Assembly (NCBI GenBank): GCA_963781885.1
Contig: CAWAHW010000007.1
Span: forward strand, 288,001-352,000
Direction: 5' to 3'
DNA length: 64,000 nucleotides
DNA from: an uncultured Spirochaetota bacterium
Lineage (GTDB): Bacteria > Spirochaetota > Spirochaetia > SZUA-6 > Fen-1364
Within the stretch, counting starts at the first letter, position 1; the number at the start of each line of letters is the position of its first letter. The notes beneath the pieces were generated by a model. The model ran no database searches. It saw only the letters and a list, made by a program, of their open reading frames with translations, and had not been told where the DNA came from. Shown here piece after piece: positions 9,293-19,249 of the stretch. The position numbers were made by a program, and so were the translations under genes.

Positions 9293-9949
9293 ATGACGAA
9301 CATGACTGTCATGCAACCTGGGCAAGGCCTTGCCACACAACTGGAAAGAGAGAGAATGCAGCCCGCTGCATTCATTGTACGCTTTCAAGGGGAGTTCGTC
9401 AGGAAATCCCTGCACCTCCTCATCGCCCTCGTTCCTGTTCTTGCAAGCGTCAATCTGCCGGCAACCATCGCCATCCTCGTGGCGGGAACGCTCTTTTACG
9501 CCTTCGCCGAGTCGTCGCGGCTTCAGGGAACACCCATTCCCGTGGTGTCCACCCTCACGCTGATTGCATCACGCGAAAAGGACCGCAGCGGTTTCGTGCT
9601 TGGACCCGTAACGTTGGGGATCGGCGCGTTGCTGTCCCTTCTCCTGTATCCGCTTCCGGCGGCATCGCTCGCCATCTACGCTTTGGCTTTCGGCGACAGC
9701 TTTGCCAGCCTGGTGGGCACCATGATGCGCGGTCCCCGCATCCCGCTCACGCGCGGGAAGACCGTTGCGGGAAGTCTCGCCTGCTTCCTGGCGGTGTTCA
9801 TCGTCACCCTGTCGGTGACCGCGCGGCTTGCAGACTCCGTGGTGCTGGCCTCCGCCGCCGCCCTGCTGGAAGTCATCCCCGCCGGGAACTTCGACAACAT
9901 CCTGCTGCCCTTCGGCGTCGGGCTTATCGCCTCCCAGCTCCTGCGCTAG
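9293..9949 (+). CDS. Phytol/dolichol kinase-like (SEC59/DGK1, CTP_transf_1) membrane protein; start uncertain
   Basis: RKSLHL, LAFGDSFASLVG, GKTVAGSLA, DNILLP motifs. Confidence 0.85.
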   Translation: MTNMTVMQPGQGLATQLERERMQPAAFIVRFQGEFVRKSLHLLIALVPVLASVNLPATIAILVAGTLFYAFAESSRLQGTPIPVVSTLTLIASREKDRSGFVLGPVTLGIGALLSLLLYPLPAASLAIYALAFGDSFASLVGTMMRGPRIPLTRGKTVAGSLACFLAVFIVTLSVTARLADSVVLASAAALLEVIPAGNFDNILLPFGVGLIASQLLR

Positions 9950-9979
9950 CCGGACAGTCCTTCTCGCTGCATTGCCCGC

Positions 9980-10837
9980 CTATCTCCCGGCGAAATCCTC
10001 CACCTGTCGATAGATCGTTGACACGGTGCGTAGGCAGAGGATTATCCCGCCCGCAAGGGTGGCCAGCCCGGCGCCGAGCAGCAGGGGATTCACGGCGAAG
10101 AAGAGGAGCTCCCGCGACGCGATGAGAAGCGCGAGCCCGAGGGCGAGCCAGAGATAGCGCCGATCCCTGCGTGAGAAGGCGGCGGCCCCGACGGTCGCCA
10201 CCGTGATGATGCCGATCACCGCGTTCACGAACCAGACGCTCTGCTCGTCACCGAGCTTCCGGGTGAGCTGCGCGAGAAAGACCGTCCGATCCATCGGGAT
10301 GTAGGCCGCCATCGCGAACGAGACGAGGAAGACGAGCCCCGCGAGCACGAGGAACCGGCGATACTTCAGCTCGATGCAGTACAGCGCGGCGCAGAGAAGC
10401 GACAGAAGGCCCACGAATCTGCCCCAGTAGATGATTCTTGTCAGCACGAGCGACGCCGCGATGGACCGGTCGGCCACGTAGAGGGCGGCCGTTCCCGCCC
10501 GCATGCATTCGAGGCTGATGGAGAACAGGAACATCATGAGAAACGGGATGAACGGCGGGGATCCCGCGCGGTAGAGCGCACGGCTTCGCAGCAAGGCGCC
10601 GACGCAGATGAACGCCGCGGCGAGGACGGCGCCGAGGCACCACAGCGATTCGGGAACTCCCCGCCCCGCGGGGTCGTCGTAGCGGAACCACCACGTGTTG
10701 ACCGGAAGGCTGCGCAGCGGCTCGGCCGCGCCGGGCAGAACGATGAGGAGCACCAATGCGGCCGCCGCGGACGCGAAGAGGAGGACCGACGCGGCGAGGG
10801 CGGCCGACCAGGCGACGGTGCCGGCGGGTACGCGCAT
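9980..10837 (-). CDS. Hypothetical polytopic membrane protein
   Basis: About 8 hydrophobic segments; TTGACC-17-TAGTAT promoter directly upstream. Confidence 0.75.
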   Translation of the reverse strand: MRVPAGTVAWSAALAASVLLFASAAAALVLLIVLPGAAEPLRSLPVNTWWFRYDDPAGRGVPESLWCLGAVLAAAFICVGALLRSRALYRAGSPPFIPFLMMFLFSISLECMRAGTAALYVADRSIAASLVLTRIIYWGRFVGLLSLLCAALYCIELKYRRFLVLAGLVFLVSFAMAAYIPMDRTVFLAQLTRKLGDEQSVWFVNAVIGIITVATVGAAAFSRRDRRYLWLALGLALLIASRELLFFAVNPLLLGAGLATLAGGIILCLRTVSTIYRQVEDFAGR

Positions 10838-10890
10838 GGCACCATACTAGATGATCTTTGCGGAAAGGTCAAAACATTGTAGCTTTCCCC

Positions 10891-11907
10891 ATGATTCTCA
10901 TCTTTCGAAAAGACGCGACAGAGGAGCAGATCCAGAGCGCCCTGCGCAAGATCGAGGCCCTGGGCTACACGCCGCACCTGAGCCGGGGGGCGTTGAAGAC
11001 CATTTGCGGCGTGACCGGCGATGACCGCGCCCTTGCCGAATCGGAGTTCGACCAGCTCCCGGGCATCGAAAGCGTCCTGCGGGTCCTCAAGCCGTACAAG
11101 CTCGCATCGCGCGAGTTCCACCCCGACCCCACGAAAGTGCAGGTGGGTGGCGTATCCATCGGTCCCGGGGGCTTCGCGGTCATCGCGGGGCCGTGCTCGG
11201 TGGAGACCGAGGAGCAGGTGGAATCCAGCGCGGCGCTCGTGGCCCGCTTGGGCCTGAAACTCCTGCGCGGCGGAGCCTTCAAGCCGCGCTCGTCGCCGTA
11301 CTCCTTCCAGGGCCTGGGGGAGCAGGGTCTCCAGATCCTGAGCGCCGCGGCGAAACGCCACGGTCTCAGCGTCGTCACGGAGATCATGTCCGAGCACGAC
11401 GTTGACCTTGTGGGCCGCTACACGGGCATCTTCCAGGTCGGGGCGCGCAACATGCAGAACTTCGCCCTCCTGAAGGCGCTTGGCGAGACGAAAAGGCCCA
11501 TCCTCCTGAAGCGGAGCATGATGGGCACGATCGAGGAGCTCCTCCTTTCGGCGGAATACCTCATGAAGGGCGGCACGAGCCAGGTCATCTTGTGCGAGCG
11601 TGGCATCCGCACTTTTGAGACGCAGACGCGCAACACGCTCGATATCGCCGCGGTCCCCGTGATCAAGCGCCTCAGCCATTTGCCCATCCTCGTCGACCCC
11701 AGCCACGCAATGGGCGACTGGCACTATGTTGCCCCTGCCTCCCTGGCGGCCCTGGCGGCCGGCGCGGACGGGATCATTGTCGAGATTCACCCCGATCCCG
11801 CCATGGCGAAGTCCGACGGCAAGCAGAGTCTCAACTACGAGCATTTCGAGGCGTTGATGGCCCGTTTGCAGGCGCTCGCGCCGCATCTGGGGGTGCAGAT
11901 AAGCTGA
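10891..11907 (+). CDS. aroF: 3-deoxy-7-phosphoheptulonate (DAHP) synthase, type I-beta
   Basis: IAGPCSVE, RGGAFKPRSSPYSFQGLG, GARNMQN, CERGIRTFE, DPSH, SDGKQSL. Confidence 0.95.
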   Translation: MILIFRKDATEEQIQSALRKIEALGYTPHLSRGALKTICGVTGDDRALAESEFDQLPGIESVLRVLKPYKLASREFHPDPTKVQVGGVSIGPGGFAVIAGPCSVETEEQVESSAALVARLGLKLLRGGAFKPRSSPYSFQGLGEQGLQILSAAAKRHGLSVVTEIMSEHDVDLVGRYTGIFQVGARNMQNFALLKALGETKRPILLKRSMMGTIEELLLSAEYLMKGGTSQVILCERGIRTFETQTRNTLDIAAVPVIKRLSHLPILVDPSHAMGDWHYVAPASLAALAAGADGIIVEIHPDPAMAKSDGKQSLNYEHFEALMARLQALAPHLGVQIS

Positions 11908-12004
11908 GTGCGCGTGAGAGGAAGGGCGTGCGGCGGCGCGGAGGGCCGCCAAATTCCCCTATAACAATGGGGCGGCCGGTACGATACTAATACAAGGAGC
12001 ACCT

Positions 12005-12697
12005 ATGTCAAAACGGCTCGCCCTGATCTGGGTCCTCTTTTTCCTGGCAGCGCTTGCCGCTTTCGCGGGCGACGTCGCCCAATTCGTGAATCTCGGTTTC
12101 TCCCCGGACGCGAAGTACTTCATGTTCGGGCAGTACGGGATCTCGCAGAAGGATACGACGCCCTGGGCGGAGACATACATTGTCGACGTGCGCGCCAACA
12201 CCTTCGTGCCCCAGGGCACGCGCAAGACCTTTGGCAGCAGGCCCGTGGATCCGGGGGCAACGGGTCTGGGCGCGCTGCTGAACGTGCTCGCCGACTCCCA
12301 GCCGCAGAAAAAGAAGTTCAAGCTCGATCACCTCAGCACGGGAAGGCTGCTCTACGTCCTCGTGGATGGCGCGCAGGCCGCCGACACGCTGGAGTTCCGG
12401 GATTTCCAGACCAGCAAATCCTATAAGATCGCCCTCGCCCAGAGCGTGTCCACGAAGGGCACCGACACGAGCTCCTCATTCAGCATCGCGGTGACCATCA
12501 CGGACAAGGACGGCAGGATCCACACCTTCAATGCCGGCAGCCCTACGATCACGCGCAAGGGCGTGAAAGTGTATCATCTCAAGCAGCTGATCCTCGCCCC
12601 TGACGACGTCTCCCTCGTGTTCATCGTGCAGCGCGAGGAGCAGGACACCACCGGCAACAACATCCGCTACATGGTGGAGACGGTCCGACCCAAGTAG
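12005..12697 (+). CDS. DUF2259-family secreted protein
   Basis: Signal peptide AFA followed by GDVAQFVNLGFSPDAKYFMFGQYG. Confidence 0.8.
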   Translation: MSKRLALIWVLFFLAALAAFAGDVAQFVNLGFSPDAKYFMFGQYGISQKDTTPWAETYIVDVRANTFVPQGTRKTFGSRPVDPGATGLGALLNVLADSQPQKKKFKLDHLSTGRLLYVLVDGAQAADTLEFRDFQTSKSYKIALAQSVSTKGTDTSSSFSIAVTITDKDGRIHTFNAGSPTITRKGVKVYHLKQLILAPDDVSLVFIVQREEQDTTGNNIRYMVETVRPK

Positions 12698-12742
12698 CCG
12701 CGAACCGCAACCCGCCTCTTTTTCCTCCTCAATTTATTGGAC

Positions 12743-12795
12743 TTGACATCTAGTGACCATACGCTCACTATTTCGATAGTGACCACTTACTCACT
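12743..12795 (+). promoter_or_regulatory. Promoter with two TetR-type operators
   Basis: TTGACA (12743)-17-CACTAT; palindromes TAGTGA-N8-TCACTA at 12751-12770 and TAGTGA-N8-TCACT at 12777-12795. Confidence 0.75.
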
Positions 12796-12830
12796 GGCGT
12801 TTCGATGACAGACCTGCGAAGGAGATTGAC

Positions 12831-13505
12831 TTGAGCAATAGCCCCACCGAAGGGTCGCCCGGGAACGTTCAAGACGCCAGCGCTGAGGAGCTCACCTCGC
12901 GGCAGCTCGAGCTGCTCGAGGCAGCACTTCGCGTGTTCAACCGCAAGGGATACGACGCAAGCCGCACCCGCGAGATCGCAAAGGAGGCGGGCGTCTCCGA
13001 GGCGACGCTTTTCAAGCACTTTCGCACCAAGCGCCACATCCTGACTGCCCTGATGCAGCCCTTTCTCATCACGGTCGTGAAGCCGATCATGCTTGCCTCC
13101 GTGAAGGCACTGGTGCACACGCACAAGGCCGGCTCCCTGGAGGCCGTGCTGCGCGAAATCATGCAGGACCGCATCAAGCTGTTCCGCGACCGGGCCCCTC
13201 TCATCACGACCTTGATGCTTGAGGCTGCCCATCACCCGGACCTGCTCGACGTCGTGCGCACGCAGGTCATTCCAGAAATTGTCGAGGTGCTCGACACCGT
13301 GCTCTCCACGGCGCGTGAGCGCGGGGAAGCGCGGGATATCGACAAGCGCCTTTTCGCCCGCGCCTTCATGAGCCTCCTGGTCGGGCACGTGGCACTCCGC
13401 GGGCTTTTTCCCGAGCAGCTCGGCGGTGACGACGACGATGCCGCCCTCGACGGCTTGGTGAAGCTTTTTCTCAACGGAGTGGCGAGGAGGAAGGAACAGG
13501 AATGA
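12831..13505 (+). CDS. TetR/AcrR family regulator
   Basis: AALRVFNRKGY...TREIAKEAGVSEATLFKHFRTK HTH. Confidence 0.92.
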   Translation: MSNSPTEGSPGNVQDASAEELTSRQLELLEAALRVFNRKGYDASRTREIAKEAGVSEATLFKHFRTKRHILTALMQPFLITVVKPIMLASVKALVHTHKAGSLEAVLREIMQDRIKLFRDRAPLITTLMLEAAHHPDLLDVVRTQVIPEIVEVLDTVLSTARERGEARDIDKRLFARAFMSLLVGHVALRGLFPEQLGGDDDDAALDGLVKLFLNGVARRKEQE

Positions 13506-14254
13506 GCGCAACGATGAATGTGTCCGTGCGTGGCGTCACGGTCCGATTCGAGAAGAGGGCGGCGTTGAGCGGGGCAACGCTCGAGATCCCGCCGGGAAGC
13601 ATCGTCGGGCTCCTGGGACCCTCCGGCGCCGGAAAGACCACGCTCATCCGCTGCATCGCGGGCCTGCTCCGTCCGCAGGAGGGCAGCGTCACGGTCGCCG
13701 GGCTTCCCGTCCCCGACCGTGGCCTCGCCGCGCGCATCGGCTACATGGCGCAGGAGGACGCGCTCTATCCCGACCTCACGGGCCTGCAGAACCTGCGTTT
13801 CTTCACCTCGCTCTACGGCATGCGCGGACTCCGGGCCCGCGAGGCGATGAGCGCCGTTTTCCGGCTCACGCGCCTTGAAGGCGAGGAGAACAAGAGGGTA
13901 AGAAACTACTCCGGCGGCATGAGAAAGCGGCTGTCCCTCGCGGTTGCACTGGTGCACGGACCGGCGCTTCTCATCCTGGACGAGCCCACCGTCGGCATCG
14001 ACCCGGTGCTGCGCGCCGAGTTCTGGGACGAGTTCCGCAAGCTGCGGGACGCGGGCACGACGCTCCTCCTCACCACGCACGTCATGGACGAGGCGGACAG
14101 GTGCGACCGTCTGGCGCTGATCTTCGACGGAAAAGTGCTTGCCTACGATACACCCGCGGAGGTGTGCCGCGCGGTGGGCGCTTCCACCACGGAAGAGGCG
14201 TTCCTCGCGCTGCGGGCGCGGACGCAGGAGGACAGGGAGGCCGCCCATGCGTAA
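13502..14254 (+). CDS. ABC-2 exporter ATP-binding protein
   Basis: GPSGAGKT, YSGGM, LDEPTVGIDP. Confidence 0.93.
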   Translation: MSATMNVSVRGVTVRFEKRAALSGATLEIPPGSIVGLLGPSGAGKTTLIRCIAGLLRPQEGSVTVAGLPVPDRGLAARIGYMAQEDALYPDLTGLQNLRFFTSLYGMRGLRAREAMSAVFRLTRLEGEENKRVRNYSGGMRKRLSLAVALVHGPALLILDEPTVGIDPVLRAEFWDEFRKLRDAGTTLLLTTHVMDEADRCDRLALIFDGKVLAYDTPAEVCRAVGASTTEEAFLALRARTQEDREAAHA

Positions 14255-15296
14255 TGCATTCAGCATCGCGCGCAGGATCATCACCCAGATCGGCATGGAC
14301 ACGCGCACGCTTGCCCTCCTGGTGATTGCGCCACTTGCCATCATCACGCTGCTCTGGGTCGTGATGAACGGCGGCCTCACCAGCCCGACCATTGCCGTTG
14401 CCGGTGATGCGCCGGCGGCATTCCGCACGGAGCTGGAAAAGAACGCCAAGGTGCTCGATGCCGCCACGACGGAGGAGGGCATCGCGCTCGTGCGCGACCA
14501 GAAGGCTGACGCGCTGCTCGACTACTCCTCCACGCCGCCGAAGCTCACGATGGACGGGGCAGACCCCTCGGTCTCGGCCGTGGTCGGCCACGTGGTCCAG
14601 AAGACGTCGCTCGCTTTCATCGCCACGAACCCGATCCTCCAGGCGATGGTGGGCAGCAATCAGCCCACGGTCGAGCTTCTTCACGGCAGCTCCACGGGCA
14701 CCGCCTTCGAGTTCATCGCCCCCGTTATGATGGGCTTCGTGATCTTCTTCTTCATTTTCATTCTCTCCGCCATCTCCTTCCTCCGCGAGCGCACGACGGG
14801 CACCCTTTCGCGCATCCTCGTGACGCCTGCCACCCCGATGCAGCTGGTCGTCGGCTACATGCTCGGGTTCGGGTTTTTCGCGGCGTTCCAGACGGTGGCG
14901 ATCCAGCTCTTCACGATCTGGGTGCTGGGCATCCCTGCCGTGGGCTCATTCGCGGAGATCCTCGTCGTGAACCTTGCCCTCTGCCTGGTCGCCCTGAGCA
15001 TGGGCAGCTTCGTCTCCGCCTTCGCACAGAACGAGTTCCAGGTCCTCCAGTTCATCCCGATCGTCGTCGTGCCGCAGGTGCTCTTTGCCGGGATCCTCGA
15101 CCTGCGCCAGGCGCCCCTGTGGGTGCGGGTGCTCTCCGACATCTTCCCGCTCACCTACGCCGGGCACGCGCTGCGGGAGATGATGCTGCGGGGAAAATCG
15201 CTGGGGGAGCTCTGGCTGGACCTCGTCATCGTGCTGGGATTCGCCGCGCTCTTCATCGTGCTGAACGCGCTGAGCATCCGGCGGGTGAAGGCGTAA
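14247..15296 (+). CDS. ABC-2 exporter permease
   Basis: RERTTGTL, FPLTYA, six TM segments. Confidence 0.9.
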   Translation: MRNAFSIARRIITQIGMDTRTLALLVIAPLAIITLLWVVMNGGLTSPTIAVAGDAPAAFRTELEKNAKVLDAATTEEGIALVRDQKADALLDYSSTPPKLTMDGADPSVSAVVGHVVQKTSLAFIATNPILQAMVGSNQPTVELLHGSSTGTAFEFIAPVMMGFVIFFFIFILSAISFLRERTTGTLSRILVTPATPMQLVVGYMLGFGFFAAFQTVAIQLFTIWVLGIPAVGSFAEILVVNLALCLVALSMGSFVSAFAQNEFQVLQFIPIVVVPQVLFAGILDLRQAPLWVRVLSDIFPLTYAGHALREMMLRGKSLGELWLDLVIVLGFAALFIVLNALSIRRVKA

Positions 15297-15356
15297 CGGC
15301 CCGGCGCGCACGGCCGCTGCCAGTAGCGACCGCGACGGTCTGCGGCAGCGCGCCGA

Positions 15357-16874
15357 TCAGAACCTCCCCAGAACGCTCTCCACGTCCGCGTCGAAGGCGC
15401 GCGAGATGCGGCGAAGGAGCAGGCCGTAGAATGCGGCGGTGGCTGCCAGGCAGATGCCGATCGCCAAGGCGAAGCCGGGGGAACCGAAGGTCGCAATCGT
15501 CGAATGAACGGCAAATACGATGCTCGCGAGCAGGAACGGGGCCGCCTGGTTCACGAATGCCGTGCCGCGCCCCGATTCGTGAAGCGAGGGCAGAAGCGAC
15601 GAGCTGATATTGCCCCACACGACGCTTAGGGCCAGGACGAGACCCGCGCTGAGAAGGAGCGCTGCCGCGGAGGACAGCGAGACGCGCGCCGCAACTGCCG
15701 CGATCGGCAGCACCACGGACAGGCACATTAGCGTGAGCCACGCGAGGTTTTTCGCTGCAAAAAGCGCGCCCCAGTCCGGGCCCAGGAGCGCATATCGGCG
15801 CAGCGCGTGCCCATCGTGGCCGAATGTGTTCGACGGGTAGGAGAATCCGGCGGCGAGGGCGAGGAAGCATCCCAGCAGGCTGATGTTCACCGTCGGCTCC
15901 CGCGAGGCGAGGAGCCACGCGCCGGCGCCGAGCCCGATGGCGATCGCCGCGATCCCCGAAAGCGAGCCCGCGAGGTAGCGAAGCTCCTGCCGATAGATCA
16001 CCCCTGCCACGCCCGATCCGCGCGGTCTGTCTGCCGGCCCGATCCGATGCCGCGACGCAGTCCGCTCGCCCCCTGCGTTGTACATACCGCGCAGGGACAG
16101 CAGGTAGAGGCCGAGGGCCGCGAGGACGAGCGCGACGCTTGGAGCGATCCAGCCCCGGAATATCCAGACCGACGGGGACCACGGACGGAAGAGGGGAAGG
16201 AGGCCGTTGCCGGCGTCGTCGATGAGGAGCATCTGGTGCTGGAAGAGGAAGACGCGGACGGCGCCCGCCTGCCACTGGAAGTCCGCGTTGGAAACCAGGA
16301 TTGCCAGGAGGCAGCCGGTGAAGACGAATCGGAAGGCGCCCGAGATACGATGAGCCCGCCTGCTGGCGGAGAGAACGTTTCCCAGCGCGTGCGCCGCGAA
16401 AAGCGCGGCAAGGAATGTCGCGACCAGGGCGGCAACCGGTGCGGCGGCGGCGCCCGCCGAAAAAAGCGGAACCGCAGCGGGCACGACGAAGAGGAACGAG
16501 ATCCACGTCACGGGATGGGTGAGGATGCCGGCAAGCTCGGCGCGGGCGACGGATCCCAGCGACAGGCCCCCGAGGGTCAGGCGCCTGCGGTCGAGCCCCG
16601 AAGCGCCGAGGCTGAGCGCCGATGACAGGAGAGGCAGCAGGAAGACGATCACGAGGTAGTGCAGCAGGGAGAACTCGGTGATTGCCATGCCGACCGCGCG
16701 CTGTCCGCGGCCGAGCTGGTGCGCCGCCTGGAGACAGTTCACGAGAAAGCGCACGAGGATGGCGATTAAAAGCCAGCTGTAGAGCATCATGTCGACGGCG
16801 CGCGGGGCATGATGCCGCATATAGCGCCGTCGGGAAAGAAGCGACGCGCGGGTAAGCGCGCCTACTGCAGCCAT
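15357..16874 (-). CDS. Putative ABC exporter membrane subunit; start approximate
   Basis: About 12 hydrophobic segments in two halves; overlaps the end of the upstream ATPase. Confidence 0.7.
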   Translation of the reverse strand: MAAVGALTRASLLSRRRYMRHHAPRAVDMMLYSWLLIAILVRFLVNCLQAAHQLGRGQRAVGMAITEFSLLHYLVIVFLLPLLSSALSLGASGLDRRRLTLGGLSLGSVARAELAGILTHPVTWISFLFVVPAAVPLFSAGAAAAPVAALVATFLAALFAAHALGNVLSASRRAHRISGAFRFVFTGCLLAILVSNADFQWQAGAVRVFLFQHQMLLIDDAGNGLLPLFRPWSPSVWIFRGWIAPSVALVLAALGLYLLSLRGMYNAGGERTASRHRIGPADRPRGSGVAGVIYRQELRYLAGSLSGIAAIAIGLGAGAWLLASREPTVNISLLGCFLALAAGFSYPSNTFGHDGHALRRYALLGPDWGALFAAKNLAWLTLMCLSVVLPIAAVAARVSLSSAAALLLSAGLVLALSVVWGNISSSLLPSLHESGRGTAFVNQAAPFLLASIVFAVHSTIATFGSPGFALAIGICLAATAAFYGLLLRRISRAFDADVESVLGRF

Positions 16875-17620
16875 GACAGGACCGGTGCTTTCACCTGCGC
16901 GCCCAGCAGGGTCTCCGTGTATGCCTGCTCCAGCGAACGGCCCGTCGCGCGGATTGCCTCCATCGTGGTGTCCAGCGCGATGCGCCCGGCATCCACGATC
17001 ACGCACCGGTCGATGACCGTCTCCACGGAGTCCAGCACGTGCGAGCTGATGATGATCGTGATGCCCTGCTGCGCGAGCTTTCGCAGGAGACCCTTGATGC
17101 GGCTCACCGTTACCGCGTCGATGCCGTTGAGTGCCTCGTCCAGCAGGAGCACACGTGGGGAGTGCACGAGACCAAGCGCGAAGGCAAGCTTCTTCCGCGT
17201 GCCCTGGGACGCCTCCGAGGCCAACGTCTCCTCGAAGCCGCCGAGCTGGAAGAAGTCGATCAGCTCGCCGGCGCGTCGGCGTGTTTCTTTTTCTTCCACG
17301 CCGGCAAGCCGTGCCGTGAGAAGAAGATGCTCGCGCACGGAAAGGTACTCGAAGAGGGAAAGGTCCTCCAGCACGACCCCGAGGGCGCGGCGCCACTCCC
17401 GCATGCGGGAGAAGATCGAAGCACCTTCCCACAGGATCCCACCGCCGCTCGGGGTGAGCAAACCGGTGAGCATGGAGATGGTCGTCGACTTGCCGGCGCC
17501 ATTCGGACCCAGGAGCCCGACGATCTCACCCCGCGGTATTGCAAGCGATATGCCCCGAACGGCCTCGTGCCGTCCGTAACTCTTTGAGAGAGACTCCAGC
17601 GCGATGAACGGCTTTTGCAC
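16862..17620 (-). CDS. ABC transporter ATP-binding protein
   Basis: GPNGAGKST, ASQG signature variant, LLDE, SSH. Confidence 0.9.
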   Translation of the reverse strand: MQKPFIALESLSKSYGRHEAVRGISLAIPRGEIVGLLGPNGAGKSTTISMLTGLLTPSGGGILWEGASIFSRMREWRRALGVVLEDLSLFEYLSVREHLLLTARLAGVEEKETRRRAGELIDFFQLGGFEETLASEASQGTRKKLAFALGLVHSPRVLLLDEALNGIDAVTVSRIKGLLRKLAQQGITIIISSHVLDSVETVIDRCVIVDAGRIALDTTMEAIRATGRSLEQAYTETLLGAQVKAPVLSWLQ

Positions 17621-17756
17621 GGCCCCATGGTGGCGTTTTGCACGCCGCCGGTCAATCGAGGCACGGCCAGGGAAAGAAAGGGCGGCCCTGTCCGATTTCG
17701 TGCTGGCGCGCGAAAGGTGGACAGCGGCCGCCCTGCGGGAGTCGCCGTGAGGCGCT

Positions 17757-18959
17757 TCAGCCGACGATGGGCTTCACCTTCTGCACGAACTCTTCCGCCT
17801 TGCGCGCGATCTCCTCATCGGTGGACAGCACCGTGATGCCGAAGTTCGCCCCGATGCCCGGGTCCACCACCCCCACGCTCAGGTTCACCGCCCGGGCCAG
17901 GATGGCATCCGTCTTGGGCAGCATGCCCTTCTTGTTCGGCCGCCGTCCCTTCTCGTCCTCCCAGGACAGGATCTGCTCCATGTGGTTGTACACGTGCCAC
18001 CCGCTGTCGGCAACCGTCTTCACGTTCAGCACCGTGGCCACCTTGCGCGTGGCCGCCTCATCGGGGAACAGCACCGTCAGCATCGTGGCGATCTCCCCGG
18101 CATCATTGATCTTGCGATAGCCCATGTTGCGGATGCCCCCCGCCTCGATGGCGGCCTTGAACTTGCGCTTCTTGTCGCGCAGCATCCCCACGATCCTGTC
18201 CAGCTTGCGAAGCTGCGCCAGCCCCACCGCCCCGGTCAGCTCGTTGATGCGCAGGTTGATGCCCACCATGGATCGCGCCCCGATCTCAAGGCCCATGCGC
18301 AGCGGCTTGTGCCCCTGGTCGTGGTAGCCGAAGGCCCGCTCGTACAGCTCGTCGGAGTCGCTGGTGACCATGCCCGCGTCGCCGGTGGTGATCGTCTTGT
18401 TGATGTTCAGCGAGAAGGCGTTGATCGCACCAAAAGAGCCGGTCATCTTGCCCTTGTAGCTGGCCCCCAGCGACTGGCAGGCGTCCTCCAGCACGGGAAT
18501 CTTGTGCTTCTTCGCGATGGCCATGATGGCGTCGATGTCGCTGGGGTTCCCCAGCATGTGCACCGGCACGATCGCTTTCGTGCGCTTGGTGATGCGCCGC
18601 TCGACGTCGGCGGGGTCCAGCGTCAGCGACTCGTCGACCTCGGCGAGCACCGGCGTGCCGCCCACCGCGATGACCGCCGAGATGGAGGCCACGAAGGTGT
18701 AGCCGGGCACGATCACCTCATCGCCGCGTCCCACCCCCAGGGCGATCAGTGCCGCCATCAGGGAGCTGGTGCCGCCGTTGGTGGCAAGGGCATGCTTGAC
18801 GCCCATCTTTTTGGCGAACTCCTGCTCCAGGGTCACGACCTTGTGCTTGAAGCGCGGATCGCTCTCCTGGCCGTAGCGGGAGAGGTAGCCGCTCTCCAGT
18901 ACATCCATGACCTCCTTGCGCTCTTCATCACCGAACAGATAGGCTCCCGGACCTGCCAT
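17757..18959 (-). CDS. DegT/DnrJ/EryC1/StrS PLP-dependent sugar aminotransferase (KdnA-like)
   Basis: GDEVIVPGYTFVAS, VHMLG, EDACQSLGA, FSLNINK (PLP Lys), NLRINEL. Confidence 0.92.
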   Translation of the reverse strand: MAGPGAYLFGDEERKEVMDVLESGYLSRYGQESDPRFKHKVVTLEQEFAKKMGVKHALATNGGTSSLMAALIALGVGRGDEVIVPGYTFVASISAVIAVGGTPVLAEVDESLTLDPADVERRITKRTKAIVPVHMLGNPSDIDAIMAIAKKHKIPVLEDACQSLGASYKGKMTGSFGAINAFSLNINKTITTGDAGMVTSDSDELYERAFGYHDQGHKPLRMGLEIGARSMVGINLRINELTGAVGLAQLRKLDRIVGMLRDKKRKFKAAIEAGGIRNMGYRKINDAGEIATMLTVLFPDEAATRKVATVLNVKTVADSGWHVYNHMEQILSWEDEKGRRPNKKGMLPKTDAILARAVNLSVGVVDPGIGANFGITVLSTDEEIARKAEEFVQKVKPIVG

Positions 18960-19021
18960 GACATGACCTCCTTTGTTGGAATATTGATGAGGCCGGGGCG
19001 ATATGCCCGCAGCCGGGGAGC

Positions 19022-19121
19022 ATCATATATGGATTGTAAATTACTGTCAAGAAATAATGTAAAAATTGATTTTGAAAAAGTTTATTTTCATTTCATTTGA
19101 CAGCAAGAAAAATCCGTGATA
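19022..19121. promoter_or_regulatory. Divergent sigma70 promoters with a central palindromic operator
   Basis: Minus strand TTGACA-17-TATGAT (19050-19022); plus strand TTGACA near 19097 with TGATAAT; dyad TGAAAA-N6-TTTTCA at 19073-19090. Confidence 0.6.
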
Positions 19122-19249
19122 ATCTGGCACCGAAATTCGATTAGCGGTAGTATTACAGACCCATCACGCCAAAGAGAGGAGGTGAGCTTCATTTCATTCT
19201 CTGACGGTCAGAAAGACGTCATTCTTTCCAAAAATCAAAGGGAGGAGAC

